Positions 30,046 through 41,261 of a DNA stretch of 64,000 nucleotides are shown here, in pieces. This DNA comes from Opitutales bacterium (GTDB taxonomy: Bacteria; Verrucomicrobiota; Verrucomicrobiia; Opitutales; JAFGAQ01): positions 1,472-65,471 of the forward strand of contig JAKSBQ010000357.1 in NCBI GenBank assembly GCA_022361075.1, given 5' to 3'. The position numbers were made by a program, and so were the translations under genes. Below the pieces are notes generated by a model. It was not told the origin of the DNA, made no database searches, and worked only from the letters and a program-made list of their open reading frames with translations. Position 1 is the first letter of the stretch; every line of letters begins with the position of its first letter.

Positions 30046-32450
30046 ACAACCAGAGGACACTAGCTGCTTGGTTTGGCAGTTTGAAGATATCACGGAAAAT
30101 AGCCGTGGTAGCGATGGTCAGTGTCCTCGCGACGTTGGTTTTTGTGACTCTGGCGCTTTTAGGATACGATTTCCGATCCTCTCGTTTAGTAGAGATTGAA
30201 AGAATTGCTTCCATCTCAAGTCTCATCCGATCCAGTAGTGGTGCTTCACTGAGGTTCTTAGATCCTGAGACCGCAGAAGAGACGCTTAGTTACCTGGACC
30301 AGATCACCAATGTAGAACTAGCCTATCTCTTTGATTCGGAGAAGCAGCTTTTTGCTCAGTACCAAGGGGATGAAAGTGTTGATATCAACTGGGCACTTCT
30401 AGATGAGGAAATCTCGTCCGATTGGGGAAACATCTATTCACTTCAATCCGTTTCGATTGGAGATGAAGTCGTGGGTTATCTTTATCTTCAGGCTTCACTG
30501 GATCGCGTCATTGAGAAAACCTCAGGAATACTGCTGTTTGTTTTAGCTGCTGTTTTTGTTTCGTTGGTGATTTCCTGGTTTGTTGCAGATCGCATGCAGG
30601 TGGTAGTCAGTAAGCCGATTCAGCAGCTGGTAGAGGCGTCAAAGAAGGTCATCTACAGCAAGAAATACGATATTCGTGTAAGGAAAACCTGGGACGATGA
30701 TTTCGGGCAGCTTGTGGATAGTTTTAATGAGATGCTCGCCCGAATCCAATCGCGGGATCAGAAGCTCCTTAAACATCAACAAGAGCTGGAGAGCATCGTA
30801 GATGATCGCACTAAAGACTTAAAACGAGTGAACAAAGACCTACTTGTGGCAAAGGAAAATGCTGAAAAAGCCTCTCGAGCTAAGGGTGAATTCCTCGCAG
30901 TGATGAGTCACGAGTTGCGAACTCCGATGAATGCGATTGTGGGTATGACCTCTTTGTTGATGGATACAAAGCTCAACACAGAGCAGCGGGACTTTGCCGA
31001 GACGATTCACAATAGTTCGGATTCTCTTCTTAACCTGATCAACGACATCCTTGATTTTTCAAAAATTGAAAGTGGAAAACTCGAGTTGGAAGAAGAACCA
31101 ACCAATCTTTTCAATTGTATTGAGGAGTCTCTCGATTTGCTGGCCATGGCGGCTTCTGAGAAGTGGTTGAATCTGACTTATCATATTGATCCTGATGTTC
31201 CTTGGATCATTCATGGAGATCGTGTCCGGCTGAGACAGGTGATGGTCAACTTGTTGAGCAATGCGATCAAATTTACAGAAGAGGGAGAAATTCTGATAAA
31301 ATTGGAAAAAACCGGGGAGACTGAAAAGGGCGTGGAACTGAAATTTAGTGTTATCGACTCTGGCATTGGAATTCCCAATGATAAAATAGGCATCTTGTTC
31401 CAGGATTTTACTCAAGTAGACGTTTCCATCACGAGGCAGTTTGGTGGAACGGGCCTTGGTCTGGCGATCTGCAAACGGCTCGTAGAAACCATGGGCGGAA
31501 AGATTTGGGTAGAAAGTGAGGTCGGTAAAGGTTCAGTGTTCCATTTCACGATTTGTGCGAAAGTGAGTGCCACGAGATGGGAGCCAAGATTGCTCAAAAC
31601 TCAGCCTTTGATTGAAGGAAGGAAACTACTAGCGATCGACGAATTTGAAAATAACCTGAATCTGATCGAATCTTACACTAAGTATTGGGGTGTGGAGTGC
31701 ATCAAAACGTCCGATCTAGAGGAGGGAATGAGTCTTTTGGATGAGACTCCTGATGTTTCATTTGTGATCATAGGCCTGGGAAAATCTTTGTCCGAGCGAA
31801 AAGTCATCGATGCCATTGGGCAGAAGTTCAGAAACCCTAAATTCTCGAAAATCCGAAAAATACTCATTGGCCAGAAAGGTACGACACTCTCAATAGCCGA
31901 GTCTCGAGGCTTTGAGACGCTCCTCAGCAAACCCGTAAGACCTGATCGATTGCTCAAAGTGTTGGTGGAGGATCAGAAGCCGACCGACGGGGTGGTGGAT
32001 TCCATTCATGACGAGCAATATTACCAAATTCACGACGCCTTGAAAGACTCAAGATTGTTGCTAGTCGAAGATAACAAAGTGAACCAAAAGGTTGCGACAT
32101 TATTGCTTTCCAGGCTTGGTCTTACTGCAGATATCGCTTCGGATGGACTTGAAGCAGTCGAAATTTTGCGAAACGGAGCTTATGATTTGATTTTGATGGA
32201 TATCCAGATGCCTCAAATGGACGGATTCACTGCGACTCGAGAGATTCGAAAGATGGATCACAAAGGGGAAGAACCGTGGATAATTGCTCTTACGGCGCAC
32301 GCTACCAGCGAATTCAGACAGTTTGCGATGGACTGCGGGATGAATAGCTTCTTGGTCAAACCAATCCGCAGGGAATCTTTACAGCAAGCCCTTCTCAGAT
32401 ATGTGCGACATCGGGATGATACCTACAGTCAGGAATCTAAGGCGCAGTAG
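30042..32450 (+). CDS. Hybrid sensor histidine kinase/response regulator
   Basis: Two TM helices and a HAMP domain, H-box FLAVMSHELRTPMNAI, N/G boxes (NLLSNAIKFT, DSGIGI, GGTGLGLAI), C-terminal receiver (LLVEDNKVNQ...DLILMDIQMPQMDG). Confidence 0.9.
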   Translation: MNNQRTLAAWFGSLKISRKIAVVAMVSVLATLVFVTLALLGYDFRSSRLVEIERIASISSLIRSSSGASLRFLDPETAEETLSYLDQITNVELAYLFDSEKQLFAQYQGDESVDINWALLDEEISSDWGNIYSLQSVSIGDEVVGYLYLQASLDRVIEKTSGILLFVLAAVFVSLVISWFVADRMQVVVSKPIQQLVEASKKVIYSKKYDIRVRKTWDDDFGQLVDSFNEMLARIQSRDQKLLKHQQELESIVDDRTKDLKRVNKDLLVAKENAEKASRAKGEFLAVMSHELRTPMNAIVGMTSLLMDTKLNTEQRDFAETIHNSSDSLLNLINDILDFSKIESGKLELEEEPTNLFNCIEESLDLLAMAASEKWLNLTYHIDPDVPWIIHGDRVRLRQVMVNLLSNAIKFTEEGEILIKLEKTGETEKGVELKFSVIDSGIGIPNDKIGILFQDFTQVDVSITRQFGGTGLGLAICKRLVETMGGKIWVESEVGKGSVFHFTICAKVSATRWEPRLLKTQPLIEGRKLLAIDEFENNLNLIESYTKYWGVECIKTSDLEEGMSLLDETPDVSFVIIGLGKSLSERKVIDAIGQKFRNPKFSKIRKILIGQKGTTLSIAESRGFETLLSKPVRPDRLLKVLVEDQKPTDGVVDSIHDEQYYQIHDALKDSRLLLVEDNKVNQKVATLLLSRLGLTADIASDGLEAVEILRNGAYDLILMDIQMPQMDGFTATREIRKMDHKGEEPWIIALTAHATSEFRQFAMDCGMNSFLVKPIRRESLQQALLRYVRHRDDTYSQESKAQ

Positions 32451-32495
32451 AATTTGAAGTTTTGAGGATTGGATGAACTGTGCATATTTTAACAA

Positions 32496-32819
32496 GTGAT
32501 GCTTTCGAATTGTCCAAGATGCAAAAAGAGCAGAGTCATGCGCTCGTGGTTTCGTGTGGCCGATAAGTGTGAGAATTGCGGTCTCGATTTTAAGGGAGAG
32601 GAAGGTGCTTTTCTTGGAGCGATCACCTTGAATTATGGATTTGTAGTTTTTGGGCTCTTTCCTCTGATCTTCTTTCTTTGGAAGTTGAGTGGGCAGTCTT
32701 TGCAAATACTAGGATTTGTGATTGGGGGGACTTCGATCCTCGCACCTTTTTTGTTGTACCCGCTATCGTGGTGTGCCTGGGTTTGGATCCAACATCATTG
32801 GTTGAGAAATCCAGACTGA
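32496..32819 (+). CDS. DUF983-family small membrane protein
   Basis: CPRC...C-x-x-CG zinc-ribbon-like N-terminus followed by two TM helices. Confidence 0.65.
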   Translation: MMLSNCPRCKKSRVMRSWFRVADKCENCGLDFKGEEGAFLGAITLNYGFVVFGLFPLIFFLWKLSGQSLQILGFVIGGTSILAPFLLYPLSWCAWVWIQHHWLRNPD

Positions 32820-32838
32820 ATTGAGCGCGATTTCCACA

Positions 32839-34254
32839 CTACTCCTTAGCGTCAAATACGGTTCGATCGATCACTTTCTGCCATTTTGCAACCACGCAAG
32901 TCACCATGCTGTCCCCGGTGATGTTGACTGAGGTTCGAAGCATATCGAGCAGTCGGTCGACTCCCATGATGATGGCAATACCTTCGACAGGTAGCCCTAC
33001 TTGAATCAATACCATTGAGAGCATGATCAGACCTACTCCTGGCACGCCGGCGGTGCCGATTGATGCGAGGGTAGCGGTTGCGATTACCGTCAAAAGATCG
33101 AGAAGTGAAAGATCGATTCCCCAGGCTTGTGCAATGAAAACAGTTGCAACACCCTGCATGATCGCGGTGCCGTCCATGTTAATCGTTGCTCCCAAAGGAA
33201 CTGTAAACGACGCGACCGAAGGGCTGACTCCGAGCTTGTGGGTGTTTGTTTCGAGTGTCACCGGAATCGTTGCGTTGCTGCTTGAGGTGCTGAAGGCAAA
33301 AATCTGGGCACTTCCCATCTTCCGGATGAAAGATACAGGATTTAGCCCAGAGAGTAGTTTTAAAAACAAGGGATAGGTTATGATGGCGTGAAAAATCAGT
33401 ACCAAAATCACAAGGAAGAAGTACTTTGAGAGTGGCGCGATTGCGGAAAACCCCTGAGTTGCGAAAGTACGACCTACGAGACAAAAAACACCATAAGGGG
33501 CCAATTCCATGAGCAGCAACACGAGTTTCATCACGATCTCATTCAGGTCCTGAACGATACTGAGTACTCGCTTTCCCGGTTCTCCTGACATGGTAAGTGC
33601 TAACCCAAAGAGAATGGCGAAAACGATGACTTGAAGCATATTTCCCTTCGCCATAGACGCGAAAGGGTTAGATGGAAAAATATTGATCAGCACTTCGGAA
33701 AAGGGTGGTGCTGAATTTAACTTTAAAGCAGAACCGGCCTGATTCGCCTCTTCGTTCGTATCTGTTGCATCAAGAGGAGGGAGGCCGCTTTTGTGAGCGA
33801 TTTCGTTAACTTTCTCTTTGAGTTCGGAGACCTCGTCACCGAGTTTGGCAATAGAAGCTTCCCATGCTTCAATCGAAACTTCCTTGTTTTCGAGAAAGGC
33901 GTCTTTATCAATGCCCTTTCCGGGCTTAAACATGATTGCCGATCCCAATGCCAAAGAAATCGCTACCGCAGTGGTCAGCAGATACAGAAGGATCGTTTGA
34001 AGACCCACAGTACCGACTTTGCGAACGTCATCCAAAGCTGCGGTTCCAGAGATTAGCGAGACGAGAACCAAAGGAACAACGAGTAGTTTTAGGCAGGAAA
34101 CAAAGATCTTTCCTCCGACGTAAAATACACCTTCGGTCAGCCAGTTTTTTACCCACGAAACATCTCCGAGTAAAAGATTGATCAAGCTTCCGATTAGGAT
34201 GCCGAGAGCCATCGCAATTAGAATGTGAATCGTAAGTCGGTGTTGTTTGGTCAT
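32839..34254 (-). CDS. Dicarboxylate/amino acid:cation symporter (DAACS/GltP family)
   Basis: FSTSSSNATIPVT and GATINMDGTA motifs. 471 aa, with a charged insertion around residues 125-180. Confidence 0.9.
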   Translation of the reverse strand: MTKQHRLTIHILIAMALGILIGSLINLLLGDVSWVKNWLTEGVFYVGGKIFVSCLKLLVVPLVLVSLISGTAALDDVRKVGTVGLQTILLYLLTTAVAISLALGSAIMFKPGKGIDKDAFLENKEVSIEAWEASIAKLGDEVSELKEKVNEIAHKSGLPPLDATDTNEEANQAGSALKLNSAPPFSEVLINIFPSNPFASMAKGNMLQVIVFAILFGLALTMSGEPGKRVLSIVQDLNEIVMKLVLLLMELAPYGVFCLVGRTFATQGFSAIAPLSKYFFLVILVLIFHAIITYPLFLKLLSGLNPVSFIRKMGSAQIFAFSTSSSNATIPVTLETNTHKLGVSPSVASFTVPLGATINMDGTAIMQGVATVFIAQAWGIDLSLLDLLTVIATATLASIGTAGVPGVGLIMLSMVLIQVGLPVEGIAIIMGVDRLLDMLRTSVNITGDSMVTCVVAKWQKVIDRTVFDAKE

Positions 34255-34506
34255 TTTCTGCGTGGGAAAGGGAATGGAGCTGAAGATGGGGTATTTTCGA
34301 ATAAACTCAATTCATCTGTATCAACTTTTTGGGGCTAGATTCCTACTCAATTAGTATGACGAATTTTATATATTCAATTAACTAATTAAATCTTTCGTTG
34401 TTAAAGTTTTTAACTGCTTTGTCCGATTAATCGCTTGCTCACATTCTAAATCTTTTGAAGTAGAAGATTAGGAATAGCACTTAAACCCTCTCAAATCTAG
34501 TCCGTC

Positions 34507-36540
34507 ATGAAGTTCTTCAATAATCTAAAATTTGGGTATAAACTCGGTATTTTTGCTGGTGTCATGATTTCAGGAATGGTGATTATGATATTAGTCTCTA
34601 TTTGGGGATCCAATAAAACGAACGCTGCAATTCTCAGGTGTACATCAGCGACAGATGCTCACACGATGTTTAAAGAACGTGAGATCGATCATTTGAGGTG
34701 GGCTAGTGCCATTCAGGAATTGATAATTGGGAATCACGATCATTTAGATATTCAGTTTGATCATACTCAATGTAAATTGGGCAAATTTCTTTATGGATCT
34801 GGTTTCGAGAACTTAAAGGAAAAGTTTCCGGAGATTGGCGAACATTGTGAGCATCTTAAGGAACCTCATATGCATTTGCATGACTCAGCTGTTGAAATTA
34901 TGGAACAATGGAGCCAAGTGCATCCTGGCCTGTATACAACACTTAGTGAAAGATTGGATGACCATCTTATTTGGGCAAACAGTTTGTCTTCCTCCATTCT
35001 TCATAATGAACCCATCATCGTAGAGAGAGATCCTAGAAAATGCAAATTGGGGATATGGTTAGAAAGTGAAGAGGTGAAATCTTTAAGAAAAGAATGGCCA
35101 GAGTTTGATCAAAAGATTGAAGAACTCATTCCATATCATGACCAGTTGCATTCGACAGTTCAAACAATCGAATCAGCTGCCTCTCAAGAGGAGAAGATTC
35201 ACATTCTGGACACGAGTATCCAACAAAATCTTGAAGAAATTTTAGGGTTGTTTGCTGATCTTAAGGAAATGGAAGAGGAAAAAGTGCATGCTCAGGAAAG
35301 AGCAATAAAAATATTCAAGAATCAGACAGAGCCTTACTTAAATGCTGTAAAAGATAAAATGGATCGGGTCACCGGATTACTCGATGGAGCAAAAGATGAA
35401 CTTATTGAAGAACAGAACTTAACTGAAACCAGAGTGAAGGCTGCGACAATAGGCACAGCGATTTTATCGATACTTATTTCTGCAATATTGGGATGGATTT
35501 TTATAAAATTAGTCACCAAACCTCTGCAGAAGTGTGAATCATTTGCGGAAAATCTCTCTCAAAAAGATTTCACTGTAGAACTGGATGTTCATCAAAAAGA
35601 CGAAATAGGAATTCTTGGAGAAGCATTGAATCAGATGGTTGCAGACTTAAAAGATGGGTTTGCGGAGATTCGAGAAGGGGTGAATCGCATGGCTTCCTCA
35701 AGCACCGAGCTTTCTGCGATTTCGACTCAGCTAGCAGGCAATTCAGAGCAGTCTAGTAGTGTTTCCAGTTCGGTGGCTGCCTCCACTGAACAGACGAGTC
35801 ATAACATGGCAACAGTAGCATCCTCAGTAGAAGAGATGTCTGCAGCTCTCAGATCGATGGCTACGGCATCTGAGGAGATGACCGCGACGATAGAAGAGAT
35901 AGCCAGAAACACGGAGCGTGGAAAATCGGTGACCGAAACTGCGGTCGAAAAAGTCAATGCGACATCCAAACAAATGAACGAGCTTGGTGAGGCTGCGAAG
36001 CTCATCGGAAGTATCACGGAGACAATTAAAGGTATTTCCGAACAAACCAACTTGTTGGCTCTTAATGCAACAATTGAAGCTGCAAGTGCTGGAGAGGCTG
36101 GAAAAGGATTTGCCGTGGTGGCAAATGAAATCAAAGAGTTATCCCGGCAAACGGCCCAGGCAACTGAACAAATCAGCAATAGCATCAACAATATCCAAAC
36201 AACCACATCAACAAGTATCGCAGAAATTGGTGGAATTGTGGAAATCATTGACGAGATCGACCAGATCACATCGATGATTGCTGCTTCAGTCGAAGAACAG
36301 TCCAACACAACTGCTGAAATTGCGTCTAATGTTAATCACACCGCTGATGGTGTTCAGGAAGTGGCATCGAATGTAAGCGAGGTGAATCAGGTTGCAAATG
36401 ATACGGCAACCGATGTTCAGCAGGTCAGCGAGGCTGCCACCGAAATTGCATCGGCCAGTTCTCAGCTCAGCATGAGCGCAGTGGAATTGTCTGAATTTGC
36501 AGAGAAAATGAATGGTGTGACCGCAGCCTATAAGGTGTAG
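34507..36540 (+). CDS. Methyl-accepting chemotaxis protein with two CZB-like motifs in the inter-TM region
   Basis: TM1 at about aa 12-33, TM2 at about aa 311-333, then HAMP and the signalling domain ([35 protein letters not shown]). The inter-TM region has HLRW...[12 protein letters not shown]...HMHLH and HLIW...[12 protein letters not shown]...YHDQLH. Confidence 0.9.
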   Translation: MKFFNNLKFGYKLGIFAGVMISGMVIMILVSIWGSNKTNAAILRCTSATDAHTMFKEREIDHLRWASAIQELIIGNHDHLDIQFDHTQCKLGKFLYGSGFENLKEKFPEIGEHCEHLKEPHMHLHDSAVEIMEQWSQVHPGLYTTLSERLDDHLIWANSLSSSILHNEPIIVERDPRKCKLGIWLESEEVKSLRKEWPEFDQKIEELIPYHDQLHSTVQTIESAASQEEKIHILDTSIQQNLEEILGLFADLKEMEEEKVHAQERAIKIFKNQTEPYLNAVKDKMDRVTGLLDGAKDELIEEQNLTETRVKAATIGTAILSILISAILGWIFIKLVTKPLQKCESFAENLSQKDFTVELDVHQKDEIGILGEALNQMVADLKDGFAEIREGVNRMASSSTELSAISTQLAGNSEQSSSVSSSVAASTEQTSHNMATVASSVEEMSAALRSMATASEEMTATIEEIARNTERGKSVTETAVEKVNATSKQMNELGEAAKLIGSITETIKGISEQTNLLALNATIEAASAGEAGKGFAVVANEIKELSRQTAQATEQISNSINNIQTTTSTSIAEIGGIVEIIDEIDQITSMIAASVEEQSNTTAEIASNVNHTADGVQEVASNVSEVNQVANDTATDVQQVSEAATEIASASSQLSMSAVELSEFAEKMNGVTAAYKV

Positions 36541-36550
36541 AGAGATTCTT

Positions 36551-37108
36551 TTAAATCAACTGCAGGGCTTTTGCCCTGACGTTGATTCGCTCTTTGGATA
36601 AGCCAAAAACTCCTGCTACTTGACTGGTAACAGAGCCCCATTCGTCCCATTTGCGGAGAAAAACATCGCTGTTCATGAGAAGTTCGTCGGCAAATTGGTT
36701 AGCTTCCCACTCCTCCAGCGCTTCATTGGTATGATGTAGGTGAGCTTTGCGAATCACAAAGTTTTTGCCGGGATGCAAGACAGTGTGCCCAATAGCGTGG
36801 GCGAAGGAGTATCTTTGTTCCGCTTTGTCGTCGTTCGAATTGGCAAAGATTACTTTTTGATCTGCGCTGACGCCACAGGCGACGTTGCGAGTTTTGTCGC
36901 TCTTTGGAAAGAGTTGAGCATGATAGCCCAAGTGATTAATCACACTTTGCAACGGTAAGGGACATTGGTTCTTTAATTCCAGTTCCTCCAGAATATTGAT
37001 AGCTGCTTGTTGCGGAGACATGGGGCAAAATAATAATTTCGAAGTCCTAATAATCGGCCGAAATTGCCTCAGGTTTATCATATTTTTGAAGGGCGGGAAC
37101 CTTGACAA
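36551..37108 (-). CDS. ImmA/IrrE-like (DUF955) protein with degenerate metal motif
   Basis: 'RYSFAHAIGHTVLH' occupies the position of the family's HExxH but reads HAxxH. 'ANQFADELLM' is a typical downstream helix. Start uncertain; Met29 (MSPQQAAINILEEL...) is possible. Confidence 0.5.
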   Translation of the reverse strand: MSRFPPFKNMINLRQFRPIIRTSKLLFCPMSPQQAAINILEELELKNQCPLPLQSVINHLGYHAQLFPKSDKTRNVACGVSADQKVIFANSNDDKAEQRYSFAHAIGHTVLHPGKNFVIRKAHLHHTNEALEEWEANQFADELLMNSDVFLRKWDEWGSVTSQVAGVFGLSKERINVRAKALQLI

Positions 37109-37306
37109 TCCGACGATGTCTCATGCAACATTAACAATCCGCAGATTAAAGTCCTTTTCAATGAGATCCAAAGAACGCAACGTAATGAAAAGGAAGAAAG
37201 GTGACACCGAACATCAGCTACGGCCCTCCCACTTTTGAAGAAGGGAAATTGTCGACATGCTTACGCAAATAGGATGAATCACCACACGACTCCTTAGATA
37301 GGAATC

Positions 37307-39184
37307 ATGGCAGCGAATTACACTGAAGACAGCATTAAATCCTTGGATTGGAAGGAGCATATCCGGCTCCGTCCAGGGATGTATATTGGAAAACTAGGCG
37401 ATGGTAGTGCCTCGGACGACGGAATTTACGTACTCTTGAAAGAAGTTCTCGATAATTCGGTGGACGAATACGTCATGGGGAATGGACGAACGATTGACAT
37501 TGAGTTGACGGAATCTTCCATGTCGGTGCGCGACTATGGTCGAGGCATCCCGCTCGGGAAACTCAAGGACTGTGCGGCGAAGATCAACACTGGCGCGAAA
37601 TACGATTCAGAGGCGTTCAAAAAATCTGTAGGACTCAATGGCGTGGGTATAAAGGCGGTGAATGCTCTGTCTTCCGGCTTCACAATCCAGGCATTTCGGG
37701 ATCGAAAAACTCGAAAGATCGAATTTGAGCAGGGCGAAGTCACACGTGAAGACAAATCGGATAAACCCGCTAACGCAAACGATCGCAACGGGACTCTTGT
37801 TCAGTTTACTCCCGATAACGAGGTTTTTGGAAGCTTCTCGTGGAAGGATTCGATTATCGAGTCGATGTTGTGGAATTACGCCTATCTCAACACAGGTCTG
37901 ACACTTGCTTTTAATGGTAAGAAGTTCGTTTCTCAAAATGGTCTTTTTGATCTTCTCACTGACGAAATTGCTGAGGAGATTCGTTATCCCATCATTCACC
38001 TCAGGGGTGAGGATATTGAGGTGGCGTTCACCCACGGCAGTTCCTACGGCGAAGAGTACTTCTCCTTTGTGAATGGTCAACACACCACCCAGGGTGGTAC
38101 CCATCAAGGCTCATTCCGCGAAGCTTTAGCGAAGACGATCCAGGCTCACACCGGTAAGAGCTTTGATGCGGTGGACATTCGAACGTCGATCATCGCTGCG
38201 ATTAGCATCAAGGTGATTGATCCCGTTTTTGAGTCTCAGACGAAAACCAAGCTCGGTTCTCAGAAAATGGCTCCTGACGGGCAGACTATTCGCAATTACG
38301 TGAATCAGTTTCTTGCCAAAGAGCTCGACAATTACCTACACAAGAATCCTACGATTGCGCAGGAGATTGTTAAAAAAATTCAGGAATCCGAAAAAAGCCG
38401 TAAAGAAATTCAGGGCATTCGCAAGCTGGCGAAGGAACGAGCAAAAAAGGCAAAGATCCACAATTCCAAGCTCCGTGATTGCCGCATTCACATGGACTCC
38501 AAGAAGGCCGAGCGAGAGTGGAGCACGCTTTTCATCACCGAGGGTGATTCGGCAAGTGGATCAATCACCAAGGCACGTGATGTGCAAACTCAGGCGGTGT
38601 TTTCTCTTAGAGGAAAACCTCTCAACAGTTTCGGACTCACCAAGAAAGTGGTTTACGAAAACGAGGAGTTTAACTTGCTCCAGAGTGCGTTGGATATTGA
38701 GGAGGATTTGGAGAATCTCCGTTACAATCGAGTGGTGATCGCAACCGACGCCGACGTGGATGGCATGCACATTCGTCTGTTGTTGATTACGTTCTTCCTT
38801 CAGTTCTTCCCGGAACTGATTCGAGAGGGTCACCTGTTTATTCTCCAAACACCACTTTTTCGCGTGCGAAACAAAAAGAAGACGAAATACTGCTATGACG
38901 AAGGCGAGAAGCGCCGGGCGTTGAAAGATCTGGGCAAGACTGCAGAGATTACACGATTCAAAGGACTTGGGGAAATTTCGCCTGACGAGTTTAGTCACTT
39001 TATCGGGCCCGACATTCGATTGGAACCTGTAACCATTGAGAAACACACTTCAGTCAAAGAATTGCTCACCTTTTATATGGGCAAAAATACCCAGGATCGT
39101 CAGAAGTTCATCATTGATAACCTAGTGATCGAACAAGACCTCGTTGATGACGAAACCATTTTGGAAAGCGAGGATGCTGCGTGA
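37307..39184 (+). CDS. parE: Type IIA topoisomerase subunit B (ParE-length)
   Basis: GHKL ATPase N-terminus ([10 protein letters not shown]-like: [11 protein letters not shown]), Toprim EGDSA motif ([10 protein letters not shown]), PLRGK-like [17 protein letters not shown]. 625 aa with no GyrB insertion. Confidence 0.85.
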   Translation: MAANYTEDSIKSLDWKEHIRLRPGMYIGKLGDGSASDDGIYVLLKEVLDNSVDEYVMGNGRTIDIELTESSMSVRDYGRGIPLGKLKDCAAKINTGAKYDSEAFKKSVGLNGVGIKAVNALSSGFTIQAFRDRKTRKIEFEQGEVTREDKSDKPANANDRNGTLVQFTPDNEVFGSFSWKDSIIESMLWNYAYLNTGLTLAFNGKKFVSQNGLFDLLTDEIAEEIRYPIIHLRGEDIEVAFTHGSSYGEEYFSFVNGQHTTQGGTHQGSFREALAKTIQAHTGKSFDAVDIRTSIIAAISIKVIDPVFESQTKTKLGSQKMAPDGQTIRNYVNQFLAKELDNYLHKNPTIAQEIVKKIQESEKSRKEIQGIRKLAKERAKKAKIHNSKLRDCRIHMDSKKAEREWSTLFITEGDSASGSITKARDVQTQAVFSLRGKPLNSFGLTKKVVYENEEFNLLQSALDIEEDLENLRYNRVVIATDADVDGMHIRLLLITFFLQFFPELIREGHLFILQTPLFRVRNKKKTKYCYDEGEKRRALKDLGKTAEITRFKGLGEISPDEFSHFIGPDIRLEPVTIEKHTSVKELLTFYMGKNTQDRQKFIIDNLVIEQDLVDDETILESEDAA

Positions 39185-41256
39185 AGAAGTCGGATTCATC
39201 AGATGATCAAACTGAGCTTTCATTTGCGTCACTAGTGCCTCAGGACGATGAACTCGAGGAGATCGAGGCTCATTCTATCAAGAAGTCAGCGAAGGGGGTT
39301 TCCGATTCTTTTAGCGACTGGTTTCTGGATTATGCGTCGTACGTGATTTTAGAGCGTGCGGTTCCCCACATCGACGATGGAACCAAGCCAGTGCAGCGGC
39401 GTTTGCTTCATTCGATGTGGGAAATGGAAGACGGCCGCTACAACAAGGTCGCCAACATCATCGGTAACACGATGAAATATCATCCCCACGGTGATCAGAG
39501 TATTGGTGACGCCCTCGTGCAAATGGGTCAACGCAATCTCCTGATTGATACTCAGGGAAACTGGGGAAACACGCTTACCGGAGACCGGGCAGCGGCTTCG
39601 CGTTATATCGAAGCGCGTCTTTCGAAGTTTGCCCTCGAAGTGGCCTTTAACCCAAAGACAACTACCTGGGCGCTCTCCTATGACGGTCGTAACAAAGAGC
39701 CCGTCACTCTCCCGATGAAGTTCCCTCTCTCTCTCGCTCATGGGGTGGAAGGTATCGCGGTAGGTTTGGCGTGTAAGATTCTCCCTCACAATTTTATAGA
39801 GCTAATCGACGGGAGTATCGCAGTACTTCAGGGGGAGGAGACGAACATCCTTCCCGACTTTCAAACGGGAGGGGTAGCAGACTTTTCGGATTACAATCGC
39901 GGCCTTCGCGGTGGAAGGATTCGTGTCCGTGCGGTTATCGAGAAACGGACCAAAAACAGCCTGGTGATCAAGGAGATTCCGTTTTCCACGACCACGAGTA
40001 GCTTAATTGATTCGATTCTGGCGGCAAACGACAAAGGAAAAATCAAGATCTTGAAACTGGAGGACAATACCGCCGAAAACGTTGAGATCATCGTTTATTT
40101 GCCCTCAGGATCTGATGCACAGCAGATGATCGAGGCGCTTTATGTTTTTACCGATTGTGAAGTCTCTGTGGCGCCCAATGCGTGTGTCATTCACAAGGAC
40201 AAGCCGGAATTTCTTTCTGTCGATGAGTTGCTCAAGCGTTCGACGCTGCAGACGAAAGGATTACTGAAGCGCGAACTCGAGATCGAACTCGGAGAACTCA
40301 ACGAAAAGTGGCATTTTGCTTCTTTGGAGAAAATCTTCATCGAAAATCGCATCTATCGCGACATTGAGGAGGCAGAGACTTGGGAGGAAGTGATTCGGGT
40401 AATTGATGTAGGCCTCGAGCCGTTTAAAGAAATGTTCCTGAGGGAAATTACGGAGGACGACATCGTTGCGCTGACTGAGATCCGGATTAAACGCATCTCG
40501 AAGTTCAACTCTTTCAAGGCGGACGAGCAGATCAAGAAACTCGAGGAGGCGATCAAGCAGGTGAAGCATCACCTGAGGCATCTCACCAAATATGCCATCG
40601 CTTACTTTGAGCGCCTCAAGGAGAAGTTCGGCAAGGGGCGTGAGCGCAAGACACGCATCGAATCGTTCACCAAAGTGGTAGCTTCCAAAGTGGCGATCGC
40701 AAACGAGACCCTCTACGTGAATCGCAAGGAAGGTTTTGCGGGTATCGGCATGAAAAAGGACGAAGAGGTCTGCAAATGTTCGACGCTTGACGACATTGTG
40801 GTTATCCGCAGGGACGGCACGATGCTGATCACTCGGGTTTCTGCCAAGGCATTTGTTGGGAAGGACATCCTCTACATCAACGTACTCAGTCCGGACACGA
40901 TGGATCAGTTGGTCTACAATATGGTTTATCGGGATGGGAAAAATGGAAAATCTTACGCGAAGCGTTTCTTTATGGGCGGATTCACCAGGGATCGGGAATA
41001 CACACTCTCGAAAGGAACCCCAGGAAGCCGCATTCTTTACTTCACGGTACTTACCAAAGAGAAAGTGGATGTGCTGAATATTCAGCTCAAACCTGCTCCA
41101 AGGCTGAGAAAGACACAGTTTGAGTTCGATTTCTCGCAACTCACGATCAAAGGTCGAGGTTCTCAAGGAAATGTCGTGACCGCTCATGCGATCAAAAGTG
41201 CGACAAGAAAAGAGCGACTACAGGTTGAAGTAAAAGAGGAGAACGAGTCTGAGTAA
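39181..41256 (+). CDS. parC: Type IIA topoisomerase subunit A (ParC-like, short C-terminal domain)
   Basis: GTG start overlapping the parE stop by 4 nt. [18 protein letters not shown], and the active-site Tyr region [10 protein letters not shown]. Only 691 aa. Confidence 0.82.
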   Translation: MKKSDSSDDQTELSFASLVPQDDELEEIEAHSIKKSAKGVSDSFSDWFLDYASYVILERAVPHIDDGTKPVQRRLLHSMWEMEDGRYNKVANIIGNTMKYHPHGDQSIGDALVQMGQRNLLIDTQGNWGNTLTGDRAAASRYIEARLSKFALEVAFNPKTTTWALSYDGRNKEPVTLPMKFPLSLAHGVEGIAVGLACKILPHNFIELIDGSIAVLQGEETNILPDFQTGGVADFSDYNRGLRGGRIRVRAVIEKRTKNSLVIKEIPFSTTTSSLIDSILAANDKGKIKILKLEDNTAENVEIIVYLPSGSDAQQMIEALYVFTDCEVSVAPNACVIHKDKPEFLSVDELLKRSTLQTKGLLKRELEIELGELNEKWHFASLEKIFIENRIYRDIEEAETWEEVIRVIDVGLEPFKEMFLREITEDDIVALTEIRIKRISKFNSFKADEQIKKLEEAIKQVKHHLRHLTKYAIAYFERLKEKFGKGRERKTRIESFTKVVASKVAIANETLYVNRKEGFAGIGMKKDEEVCKCSTLDDIVVIRRDGTMLITRVSAKAFVGKDILYINVLSPDTMDQLVYNMVYRDGKNGKSYAKRFFMGGFTRDREYTLSKGTPGSRILYFTVLTKEKVDVLNIQLKPAPRLRKTQFEFDFSQLTIKGRGSQGNVVTAHAIKSATRKERLQVEVKEENESE

Positions 41257-41261
41257 TTGCT

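Noticed and set aside
35799-36308. 169-aa minus-strand ORF rich in Ala/Ser/Ile
   Set aside because: It is antisense to the low-complexity signalling domain of the MCP, which is a typical mirror-frame artefact.
40261-41187. 308-aa ORF on the minus strand
   Set aside because: It lies entirely antisense to parC, whose plus-strand translation carries unmistakable topoisomerase motifs. The antisense product has no recognisable features, so it is a shadow ORF.
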